In this document: positions 8,795 to 17,514 of the stretch, one piece after another
Numbering within the stretch: the first letter of the stretch is position 1
Layout: each line of letters begins with the position of its first letter
Assembly: GCA_024636955.1 (NCBI GenBank)
Contig: JAGXGB010000026.1
Coordinates: forward strand, 42,757 to 106,756
Length of the DNA stretch: 64,000 bases
DNA from: Bacteroidales bacterium
GTDB taxonomy: Bacteria; Bacteroidota; Bacteroidia; Bacteroidales; Lentimicrobiaceae
Reading direction: 5' to 3'
The notes under the pieces: model-generated
What the model was told of the DNA's origin: nothing
Databases searched by the model: none
Seen by the model: the letters and a program-made list of their open reading frames with translations, nothing else
Made by a program: the position numbers and the translations under genes

Positions 8795-10599
8795 CAAAGC
8801 CCATAGCTGAAACGCAAATTCCAATCAGGGCTCAATATAGTGCCTGGCATCAAAAGACTGTAAAACTCATTGATCAGTTAAAGAAGAGAAGCACAATATT
8901 AGCCTGGTTGCGATTACTTATCTTCCTTCTTTTTATAGCCTCTGTTATTATTGGGATCAATAATAACATTTTATTATGGGTGTCAGCTATTATACTTGTG
9001 GCATTTCTGATTCTTATCAACTATCACAGCAAGCTAACTGACCGGCTGAAGTATAATGAAGTTTATAGTAAGACTATAGAGGATGAATTGCTGGCCATAG
9101 AATATAATTTCAGGTTTGACGGAGGGGATGAATATTATGATAGTACACACTCGTATAGCAACGATCTGGATCTTTTTGGGAATGACTCCCTATTCCAATC
9201 ACTGAACCGAACAGCAACTTCACATGGCCGGGATAATCTTGCTGAACTCTTCATTAATCCGAAATTAAATGAGGATGGTATAATTATAAACCAGAAGGCT
9301 ATTAAGGAACTTTCAGAAAAGCCTGAATGGTTGCTTCGTTTCCGGTCCTATGGTATTTTAGGCAATACTTCAGAGTCTTCGGAGAAAGAATTGCTTTCAT
9401 GGATAGATACCAAGCCATTATTTCTTTCACAGCTTTACACAGCATTGATTTGGCTTATTCCGCTCTTATCGTTAGGCGCCATATATCTTCTGGCTACAGG
9501 ATCAATTACGTTCTCGCATTTTATGCTGTATCTCTTAATTCCACTCGGGATTCCAGGTATTTTTTCAGCAGGAATATCAAAGCGCCATATGCAGGTTAGT
9601 CGTAAAGCAGCAATGCTGGATAATTACTCAAAGCGATTAAGTTTAATTGAAAAGGAGGTTTTCAGCAGCGATTTATTGGTAAAAATGCAGCATTCCATAA
9701 AAGGGCTGCATGGTTCAGCCAGTTCAGCTATAAATCATCTTGGAAAAATTATTACCTCAATCGATGCACGGTTAAATTGGTTGATGTGGATAATTCTTAA
9801 TTTTTTAATGCTTTGGGATATCAGACAAATTCAAAGGTTGGAGAAGTGGCAAAAGGTTCACTATGACGATTTGAATAGTTGGTTCATAGCTTTAGCTCAA
9901 CTTGAAGCTATGGGCAGTCTTGCCGGATTCAGTATAGTTAATCCATCCTTCACTTATCCAAAGCCAGTTGATAATATTCTAATGGTAGAAGCACATGGTG
10001 CAGGACATCCTCTTATTCCAGCATTTCGAAGGGTAACTAATGATGTTAAGATTAAAGGTAAAGGCTCATTTTCAATATTTACCGGTGCAAATATGGCCGG
10101 TAAAAGCACTTACCTCCGCACTGTAGGAATAAACCTGGTGTTGGCACGTATTGGTGCTCCGGTTTGTGCAGAATCTTTCAAATTCTTCCCAGCGAATATA
10201 TTTACAAGCCTACATACTGTTGATTCGCTAAGTAGTAATAAATCGTACTTCTTCGCAGAACTGGAAAGGTTGAAATTGATTATTGATACCTTAAACAGCG
10301 GGAAACAAATCTATGTATTCCTTGACGAAATATTAAAAGGTACTAATTCATTTGATAAACAGCAGGGCTCAAAAGCCCTATTAAAACAACTTATAAACCT
10401 GGGAAGCGCAGGTATGATTGCTACACACGACCTTGATCTTGGACAGTTGGAGCATACCTTCCCTAACAATATTTCCAATTATTGCTTTGAAGCACGTATA
10501 ATCGACAATGAATTATTGTTTGATTATAAGCTTAATCCAGGAATTGCACAGAATATGAATGCAACATTCCTGATGAAACAGATGGGAATTACTATTTAA
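8785..10599 (+). CDS. Membrane-anchored MutS-related ATPase (MutS domain V only, no mismatch-binding domain)
   Basis: 604 aa. Hydrophobic segments lie near residues 40-80 and 210-260. The C-terminal MutS-type ATPase has GANMAGKSTYLRTVG (Walker A), VFLDEILKGTN (Walker B) and ATHD. Its start overlaps the CYTH stop by 10 nt. Confidence 0.75.
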   Translation: MDLAKPIAETQIPIRAQYSAWHQKTVKLIDQLKKRSTILAWLRLLIFLLFIASVIIGINNNILLWVSAIILVAFLILINYHSKLTDRLKYNEVYSKTIEDELLAIEYNFRFDGGDEYYDSTHSYSNDLDLFGNDSLFQSLNRTATSHGRDNLAELFINPKLNEDGIIINQKAIKELSEKPEWLLRFRSYGILGNTSESSEKELLSWIDTKPLFLSQLYTALIWLIPLLSLGAIYLLATGSITFSHFMLYLLIPLGIPGIFSAGISKRHMQVSRKAAMLDNYSKRLSLIEKEVFSSDLLVKMQHSIKGLHGSASSAINHLGKIITSIDARLNWLMWIILNFLMLWDIRQIQRLEKWQKVHYDDLNSWFIALAQLEAMGSLAGFSIVNPSFTYPKPVDNILMVEAHGAGHPLIPAFRRVTNDVKIKGKGSFSIFTGANMAGKSTYLRTVGINLVLARIGAPVCAESFKFFPANIFTSLHTVDSLSSNKSYFFAELERLKLIIDTLNSGKQIYVFLDEILKGTNSFDKQQGSKALLKQLINLGSAGMIATHDLDLGQLEHTFPNNISNYCFEARIIDNELLFDYKLNPGIAQNMNATFLMKQMGITI

Positions 10600-10686
10600 G
10601 GTTGAAACTAACATTAATACATGAATGCATCTTTCTTAGTGGAGCAAATTGGAATTACTATTTAAGGTTGAAACTAACATTATGAC
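10555..10686 (+). repeat. 66-bp tandem duplication of the 3' end of the MutS-like gene plus its 3' flank
   Basis: Copy 1 is 10555-10620 and copy 2 is 10621-10686. The first 30 nt differ at 9 positions, while the next 32 nt (GGAATTACTATTTAAGGTTGAAACTAACATTA, at 10585-10616 and 10651-10682) are identical. Confidence 0.9.
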
Positions 10687-10690
10687 TATA

Positions 10691-10725
10691 AAAAAGCCGG
10701 AGAAGATATCTTCCCCGGCTTTTTT
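10691..10725. terminator. Bidirectional terminator between the MutS-like gene and S46 copy 2
   Basis: AAAAA, then the stem AGCCGGAGAAG / CTTCCCCGGCT (one mismatch, 4-nt loop), then TTTTT. Confidence 0.75.
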
Positions 10726-10747
10726 GAGATGAGTGCTGAATTTTAGT

Positions 10748-12922
10748 TTATTTGTTCGATAGTACAAAGTCTAACTCCTCAATAATTCTTTGAGACTCAG
10801 CATATTTATCAATTATGAACAATACGTACCTGATATCAACATTAATTGTACGTTGCAGAGCTGGCTCAAAAGCTATATCGCCACTCATTGCTTCCCAGTT
10901 ACCGTCAAAAGCAATGCCTATCAACTCTCCATTGCCATTTAATACAGGACTTCCTGAGTTGCCTCCAGTTATATCATTGTTTGAAATAAAACAAACCGGT
11001 AACCTACCTTCTTTGTCACGCCATTTGCCAAAGTTTTTTGATAAAATGAGCTCTTTTAATTTAGCCGGCACGATAAATTCTTCACTCTTAGGATCTTCTT
11101 TTTCAAGAATACCTTCAGCGTATGTAATATAATCATAATGAACTGCATCAGCAGGAAAATAATCAAGTACTTTTCCGAAAGAAACTCTCAGAGTTGAGTT
11201 AGCATCTGGATAGTATACCTTTTCAGGATTTGCCTTACGCAAACCATCAACAAACAACCGCTCAGCCTTATCAAGCTTTTCCTGAATTGCCCCTGTGGTC
11301 ATCATTTGCGTCATAAAAGAGTTATAGAAGGAATTCGTAAGACGAAGTGCTGGGTCCTTTTCAAGCTTTTTTAATGATGGTTTCTTCAAAAATGAATTAT
11401 AATTCTCTTCTGTAGTTAAAATTGATTTATTAAAGAGGTAATCAACATACCTGCTAATATTACCTTTATGCTTATTGTCAATATAATTGTAAATGTCAGG
11501 TAGAGCAGCAGCAGGCATATCCTGACGGAAAGTTTCAAGAACTGCAATTAACACTTTCTTTTCGGTGTCAGGATCATAATCTTTGAAATGATCTTTTGCT
11601 GAAGAAGCCATTGGTGCAAGGGCGCCCTGCAACTCTTCGCCTTTTAATCCGCTCTTTAGAATATTAATCATTCCTTGATTTGCCAATGGGAATGGCATTA
11701 CCTGTGAGCCATAAAAAGCCATCTGGAAATACCATAATTGCTTATTGAAATTCATTGCACTAAGCTGATTATAAACATTGCCTATATCATCAAGTACGGT
11801 ACCGTATTTTTCCTTGCGTTGCTCATCAGCATTCACCCATTCTGAAAAGTGCTTTTCAATTTCCCTTTTCTTATCATAAACATCAAGCCTCTTTAGTCCA
11901 CGTGTTTCACCTATCTTATTCTTCCAGAAGTTAGCCAGTCCGGCATAATGTGATGCATATTTAATTCTGACATCATCTGAAGCATCCATATTCTCCTTCA
12001 TTGCCTCAAGTATATTACCACTTAGATTGACAATTGCAGGATTTATCTCATTAATGGTTGCCATGATTCCATGAGAAGTTCTGAAACGATCTGTTGTTCC
12101 TGGAAAACCCCACACCATAGCAAAATCGTTTGGTTGAATACCATGAGGGTTTATTTTAAGATGATATTTTGATTTGAGAGGAATATTCTCCTTGGCATAA
12201 GCAGCAGGTGAACCATCAGGTGCTGTATATATACGGAATATGGAGAAATCACCGGTATGACGAGGCCACATCCAATTATCAGTATCACCGCCAAACTTTC
12301 CAACAGCTGAAGGAGGGGCACCTACCAACCTTACATCATTGTATACCTGATATACAAAGCGATAGAATTCATTGCCATTATAGAAGCTTTTTACTGAAAC
12401 ACTGTATTTACCTTCTTCTTCACCTTCATGCTTTAATACTTCTATAACTTTTGCTATGGTAGCTGATCGTTCAGTTTCAGTCATTTCTGGTTTTACTTTT
12501 TCCATTACCATTTTTGTAACGTCATCCATTTTAACCAGGAAGGATACTGACAACCCTTCGTTTGGCAATTCTTCTTCAAACGAAGCTGCCCAGAATCCAT
12601 CAGTCAGATAATCATGTTCAATTGAGCTGTGTGTTTGAATAGCGTCGTATCCACAATGATGATTTGTAAAGAGCAAACCCTGAGAAGAAACAACTTCAGC
12701 AGTACAGAAACCTCCCAGATTTACAATCGCATCCTTTAAACTTGAATTGTTAAGATCATATATTTCCTGGGCCGTTAGTTTAAGTCCCATTTGTTGCATA
12801 TCAACATAATTCAACCGTTCGATGAACATAGGGAGCCACATTCCTTCATCTGGTGGGTTGTCAGCACGGGTAAAGCTGATGCTTATAAAAAGCAGTAAAG
12901 GCAATAATAGTTTTTTCATCAT
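10748..12922 (-). CDS. S46-family dipeptidyl-peptidase, DPP7-like (copy 2)
   Basis: Signal peptide MMKKLLLPLLLFISISFTRA followed by DEGMWLP. It has TNHHCG, GDFSIFRI and GGNSGSPV, with the same Gly at +18 (FDGNWE). I trimmed the start from the ORF-track 12982. Confidence 0.9.
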   Translation of the reverse strand: MMKKLLLPLLLFISISFTRADNPPDEGMWLPMFIERLNYVDMQQMGLKLTAQEIYDLNNSSLKDAIVNLGGFCTAEVVSSQGLLFTNHHCGYDAIQTHSSIEHDYLTDGFWAASFEEELPNEGLSVSFLVKMDDVTKMVMEKVKPEMTETERSATIAKVIEVLKHEGEEEGKYSVSVKSFYNGNEFYRFVYQVYNDVRLVGAPPSAVGKFGGDTDNWMWPRHTGDFSIFRIYTAPDGSPAAYAKENIPLKSKYHLKINPHGIQPNDFAMVWGFPGTTDRFRTSHGIMATINEINPAIVNLSGNILEAMKENMDASDDVRIKYASHYAGLANFWKNKIGETRGLKRLDVYDKKREIEKHFSEWVNADEQRKEKYGTVLDDIGNVYNQLSAMNFNKQLWYFQMAFYGSQVMPFPLANQGMINILKSGLKGEELQGALAPMASSAKDHFKDYDPDTEKKVLIAVLETFRQDMPAAALPDIYNYIDNKHKGNISRYVDYLFNKSILTTEENYNSFLKKPSLKKLEKDPALRLTNSFYNSFMTQMMTTGAIQEKLDKAERLFVDGLRKANPEKVYYPDANSTLRVSFGKVLDYFPADAVHYDYITYAEGILEKEDPKSEEFIVPAKLKELILSKNFGKWRDKEGRLPVCFISNNDITGGNSGSPVLNGNGELIGIAFDGNWEAMSGDIAFEPALQRTINVDIRYVLFIIDKYAESQRIIEELDFVLSNK

Positions 12923-13099
12923 TAATATATGTGTGTAGTTAAATAACTGTATTTTTAAGGCAGCCCACCTAAATCGTGCCATAAATTAACCATTTAAGAA
13001 TCAATTAAATAGCGGAATATTGATAGTTTACAGGTAGCCTGAACCCATAATTATTGTCCATTGATGTACACTGAATTTACATAAACGGACAGTTTTCAT

Positions 13100-14797
13100 T
13101 TATAGTCCAATAGCCGACTTGCCTTGGTTAAACACAATATCAACAGGTATTCCGGCATCTTTCAACCTGTCAAGGTCAGCTTGAAGATTAGCGGGTATAA
13201 CTGATTTGGTTTCTATGAGATTTTTAACAGCACCGTAGTCACCATCACCCTGCATTGTCAAAATCATTCCACTTAGATTTTCAAGGGCAGTTTTCATATT
13301 ATTGAAGTTCACCTTATAAGTTCCATTGGCATATTCAAAAGCATTGTTATCAGCAAAATAGCTGAACGTAAGCATATTCGCTTTGCCATGGGCACTTGCA
13401 GCACCAAACCTTACAGAACGGAATATACCGGCCATGAATGTAACATAATTGTCCATAACCTCGCCTTCCTTGATCTCTCCCATTTCAAACAGTTTAGTTA
13501 CCATGTATAAGCCTAGTAGATCAGCCTTCGCTTCTTCAATAGCTGAGTATTGCTCTTTAAGTGCTTCACGTACAGTACCCTGTCCATTTAAAGTGTTTTT
13601 GATTCCTAACCCATGAGCAACTTCATGAAACATGGTATTAGCAAAGAATGCATCAAATTTTACGTAATTGCGTTGGGATTCGTCTATCAGCTCATTTGAA
13701 ATAGGTACTAATATCTGGTCAAACTTAGCTTTCATGGCATTCTTAAGCTGAAGCTTACGTGAACCTTTTTTAAGCTGAACCTCTTCATCGTTCGGAAGGT
13801 TAATTGCTATGGTTTTACTACCGGCATTACAATCCCCGGCATAATAGACTACATCATAAGCGTTTAAGTCTGCATCTGATCCGGGTACCTCACTCTTGTA
13901 TTTCTGATCAACAGGTAGACTTTTTTGCAGTTCAGGCAATAAGCTTGCAAAATGAGCCAACCTATTACTCCATTCAACGTCTTTTATAAGTACGTATGCC
14001 TCCTGTGCAGCTTTGGTCCCAAAGAGCGCATCCTCATAGTTTTCTATTGGACCAACAACAAAATCAATATTTGAAGTCTTCATATCCATCCAGGCAAAAT
14101 CGCTTTCCTGGTATTTATCGGTAAGCAATGCCTCAGCACGAAGCGTAAGATAGCTTTTGAGTCCAGCATCATCAGCAAGTTCAGCAGCTTGTTTCAATAA
14201 ATCAGCAGCTTTTTGAATTTCTGATGCATAAGCTTCATGGTACCATACAACTCTAAGAGTACTGTCCTCATTACGGCGAATTAAAGTGTACATACTCGTC
14301 TTATTTGTATCCGCCAGTGCTTCGAATTCCTTCTTAGTCATGTCAATAGGATAGAAATTTGCACCCAAGGGCTTGGAACCAATTCCGGCAATAAATGGTT
14401 TATTTCCGTTTAATCGATCCCATGGCCCATAATTAATCTCAGCAAACTTGCGGGTAGTTTCATCATTAATCTGCGACAGGAATGTATTTTTATCACCCAG
14501 GGTTTGTTTCCAAAATATGCCGTCCATGATAGCAGCAACATCAAGCAATAATGGGATTATCTTCTTTTCATTATCTGAGAGGGAACTGATATCAGTAGTT
14601 AATGTATATGGGGCATAGATTGAAAGTCTTTGCTTAACATCAACTGCCGGATCAGGAATTAATGTTGCATTTTCCATGATTACTCCTTTGTAGTTCTTTT
14701 CCATTTCTTCTTCACTATTATCGGTGGATTTGACAGCACACCCTGAAGTTAGCAGGAGTATGCTCACTGCCAATATCGAAATTGCATTACGTAACAT
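13100..14797 (-). CDS. Atypical M49-like (dipeptidyl-peptidase III family) zinc metallopeptidase lipoprotein
   Basis: 565 aa. Lipoprotein signal LLLTSGCAV. FHEVAHGLG is HEXXH rather than the classical HEXXGH, and a second motif EEAKAD follows downstream. Confidence 0.6.
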   Translation of the reverse strand: MLRNAISILAVSILLLTSGCAVKSTDNSEEEMEKNYKGVIMENATLIPDPAVDVKQRLSIYAPYTLTTDISSLSDNEKKIIPLLLDVAAIMDGIFWKQTLGDKNTFLSQINDETTRKFAEINYGPWDRLNGNKPFIAGIGSKPLGANFYPIDMTKKEFEALADTNKTSMYTLIRRNEDSTLRVVWYHEAYASEIQKAADLLKQAAELADDAGLKSYLTLRAEALLTDKYQESDFAWMDMKTSNIDFVVGPIENYEDALFGTKAAQEAYVLIKDVEWSNRLAHFASLLPELQKSLPVDQKYKSEVPGSDADLNAYDVVYYAGDCNAGSKTIAINLPNDEEVQLKKGSRKLQLKNAMKAKFDQILVPISNELIDESQRNYVKFDAFFANTMFHEVAHGLGIKNTLNGQGTVREALKEQYSAIEEAKADLLGLYMVTKLFEMGEIKEGEVMDNYVTFMAGIFRSVRFGAASAHGKANMLTFSYFADNNAFEYANGTYKVNFNNMKTALENLSGMILTMQGDGDYGAVKNLIETKSVIPANLQADLDRLKDAGIPVDIVFNQGKSAIGL

Positions 14798-14860
14798 AAA
14801 AAATAAGTGTTAAGTTTATAAATATTTTGAGATTGCGATTAAGAATTTTTAAAATAACAC

Positions 14861-15991
14861 TTAGGAGGCAGTACCTTCCTTAAGAGGAATAGTAAAACTG
14901 AATTTTGAACCCTCTCCTATCACACTTTCCACTGAAATAGCACCACCGTTCTTTTCAACAAATTCCTTACAAAGAATAAGACCTAAACCAGTGCCCTTTT
15001 CATTAGCGGTTCCTTTAGTGGACGATACTTTTTCATCAAGGCTGAATAATGCTTTAAGAGTTTGAGGCTCTATGCCGGTACCGGTATCTTCAACCGTAAT
15101 CCTTAACATGTCTTCAACTCTCGATGCTTCAATGGTGATCATAGCCCCTTCATAGGAAAATTTAATTGAATTTGATATCAGATTCCTTAGCACAGTTCTG
15201 ATCATATTAACATCTGCAAACACAGTTGACTTGTCAATAAGCAGAACTTTAAGGGATATACCTTTTATCTTGGCTTGTGGTATTGAAAGATTAATTGTTT
15301 CAATAATCAGCGATTCAATATAAAAATATTCAGGATTAAATGAAGTGTGGCCGAGTTGAGTTTTAGCCCATGTTAACAGGTTATCAAGCAATTGGAAAGT
15401 AGTTTCAGTAGAAGTGAGTATCTGTTTGATCATCATTTTCCGATCATCATTTGAGAAATCATCATACTCTTCATTAAGCAATCGTGAGAACCCTAAAATG
15501 GAAGTGAAAGGACTACGTAAGTCATGTGCAATAATGGAAAAGAACCTGTCCTTTGTAAAATTGGCATCATGGAGCTTCTGATTGAAATATTTCTCCTCAG
15601 TGATGTCAATCATTGCACCAGCAGCATAGTTAGCTTCACCCTTTTGTCCATTCACATGGTATCCTGAAATTCTGATCCACTTAATTTTTTTGTCAGCCTT
15701 TATCCTAAATTCCATTTCAAACCATCCGGGCTGTGAAGTAATACGTTTCCACATCTCAAGAGCACGGTCCTTATCCTCATCAGCCACCTTGTCCATCATT
15801 ATTTCAATAGAAACAGGTCCGGGTGCCAAGCCGAATAACTTATAGCATTGCTCGTTCCATGAAATATTATCTGATCCTGCATACCAATTCCAGGCTCCTG
15901 CATTGAGTGCCTTCAATGCAAGTTCAAGACTGTTGTCTCTTAGACCCTCATATAGAAGATTTTTTATATTTTGAGCAGGAATTCCATTCAT
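14861..15991 (-). CDS. Cytoplasmic PAS-domain sensor histidine kinase
   Basis: 376 aa with no TM segments. It has a PAS-like N-terminus, the H-box FFSIIAHDLRSP, and HATPase_c blocks (NLISNSIKFS, DTGTGI, GTGLGL). Confidence 0.85.
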   Translation of the reverse strand: MNGIPAQNIKNLLYEGLRDNSLELALKALNAGAWNWYAGSDNISWNEQCYKLFGLAPGPVSIEIMMDKVADEDKDRALEMWKRITSQPGWFEMEFRIKADKKIKWIRISGYHVNGQKGEANYAAGAMIDITEEKYFNQKLHDANFTKDRFFSIIAHDLRSPFTSILGFSRLLNEEYDDFSNDDRKMMIKQILTSTETTFQLLDNLLTWAKTQLGHTSFNPEYFYIESLIIETINLSIPQAKIKGISLKVLLIDKSTVFADVNMIRTVLRNLISNSIKFSYEGAMITIEASRVEDMLRITVEDTGTGIEPQTLKALFSLDEKVSSTKGTANEKGTGLGLILCKEFVEKNGGAISVESVIGEGSKFSFTIPLKEGTAS

Positions 15992-16059
15992 AGATTAATA
16001 GCCTTCAACACCTGGTTCTGATTCGAGAGATAAAGATATTAAAAATAATAACACAGTAA

Positions 16060-17388
16060 CTAATCATTCGATTTTACAGAACCAGCACTTCGAATGATGA
16101 AATACCCTGCAATACTTGCAACAAAAGAAGTAATCAGAATTCCCATTTTTGCTTGTTCAACAATTTCAATATCGGTGAATGCAAGTTCTGCGATAAATAA
16201 TGACATGGTAAACCCAATAGCTGCCAGAAAGCCTGCACCGATCATGTGCCGCCAGTTGCAGCCTTCGGGCAAAGCACTGATTTTTAACCAATACATTAAA
16301 GCAACCATTCCTGTTACACCAACAAGTTTTCCAATTAATAGCCCAAGTGAAACACCCAGAGTTACCGGATTGCCGATATTAGCAATGCTTTCATTAGTAA
16401 GTGTAACCCCAGCATTGCTTAATGCAAAAAGAGGAATGATTATAAACGCAACGAGAGGGTGTAGGGAATGCTCAAGTCTTTGCAGGGGCGTTGAGGCTTC
16501 CAAAGTTAGTGTTTCTACGCGCTGGAGTATTACTTGTTGTTCAAGAGTAATTGTGGAATTCTCATTAGGTTTTGCATTTTTAAACTTATCCATTAGATTA
16601 CACATTTTCTTGTAAAATACATTCTCAGCAATGCTAACCCTGGCAGGAATGGTAAATGCTGCAAGTACAGCTGCAATAGTGGCGTGAACCCCTGACATTA
16701 GGAATGCCAGCCATAATCCGCCCACTCCAACCAAGCCATAAAACAATGTGCTTCTTATACCTATTCGGTTACCGATTATAAGAACTAGCAAGAAAACAGC
16801 ACCTGTTAGAAGACTGATTGTATTAATATCTGAGGTATAAAAGAAAGCAATAACCAGCACAGCACCAAGGTCGTCAGCAATTGCCAGGGCAGTTAGAAAT
16901 ATTTTTAGCGACACTGGCACTCTATCGCCAAGAAGGTACAAGATACCAAGAGCAAATGCAATGTCAGTTGCCATCGGTATTCCCCAACCATTGCCAGAAA
17001 TTGATAATGGATGATTAAAAGCCAGATAGATAAGTGCGGGAACTACCATGCCGCCAAGAGCAGCGGCCAGCGGCATTATTGCCTTGCGTGGATTGCTTAA
17101 CTCGCCACCTATAATTTCACGTTTTAGCTCAAGGCCCACAACAAAAAAGAACACAGCCATTAAACCGTCATTTATCCAATGATGGAGGTTTTTCGACAAA
17201 ACCATTCCACCCAGCGACATTGACAGTTTTATTTCCCAAATATTATGAAACCATTCGGAAAGTGGAGTATTAGAGATAATAATTGCAAGCAGTGCTGTAG
17301 AAAAGAGAACTATTCCACTCATGGAACTATTGCTCACAAACCTTTTCATTGGATCAAGGATCCACTGATTATAAATAGGCTTTCGCAT
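16060..17388 (-). CDS. nhaA: Na+/H+ antiporter NhaA
   Basis: 442 aa polytopic protein with the NhaA signature WINDGLMAVFFFVVGLELKRE and the IADDLGA block. Confidence 0.9.
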   Translation of the reverse strand: MRKPIYNQWILDPMKRFVSNSSMSGIVLFSTALLAIIISNTPLSEWFHNIWEIKLSMSLGGMVLSKNLHHWINDGLMAVFFFVVGLELKREIIGGELSNPRKAIMPLAAALGGMVVPALIYLAFNHPLSISGNGWGIPMATDIAFALGILYLLGDRVPVSLKIFLTALAIADDLGAVLVIAFFYTSDINTISLLTGAVFLLVLIIGNRIGIRSTLFYGLVGVGGLWLAFLMSGVHATIAAVLAAFTIPARVSIAENVFYKKMCNLMDKFKNAKPNENSTITLEQQVILQRVETLTLEASTPLQRLEHSLHPLVAFIIIPLFALSNAGVTLTNESIANIGNPVTLGVSLGLLIGKLVGVTGMVALMYWLKISALPEGCNWRHMIGAGFLAAIGFTMSLFIAELAFTDIEIVEQAKMGILITSFVASIAGYFIIRSAGSVKSND

Positions 17389-17426
17389 TTATATTCATCG
17401 GTTAATTAATGATCAAGCTTATCCAA

Positions 17427-17434
17427 CAAAAATA
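17427..17434 (-). promoter_or_regulatory. Candidate -7 box (TAttTTTG on the minus strand) for nhaA
   Basis: The plus strand reads CAAAaaTA 39 nt upstream of the nhaA start. Confidence 0.35.
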
Positions 17435-17514
17435 ATAAACTTCAAGGTCAGTTCCTAACAGCAGATATATACAAAGTGGAATTACTTCTTCTAGTCTTAA
17501 TATACATAGAGGAA

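Noticed and set aside
16094-16615. A 173-aa ORF antisense to nhaA. Similar long antisense ORFs in the track include 45302-45838 (178 aa), 23355-23780 (141 aa), 40771-41133 (120 aa), 535-894 (119 aa), 34173-34508, 52545-52877, 10815-11132 and 7763-8044.
   Set aside because: Each lies entirely opposite a gene with strong family motifs. Their translations are low-complexity (Ser/Pro/Ile-rich) with no recognisable motifs. They are shadow ORFs, as expected on the reverse strand of codon-biased genes.
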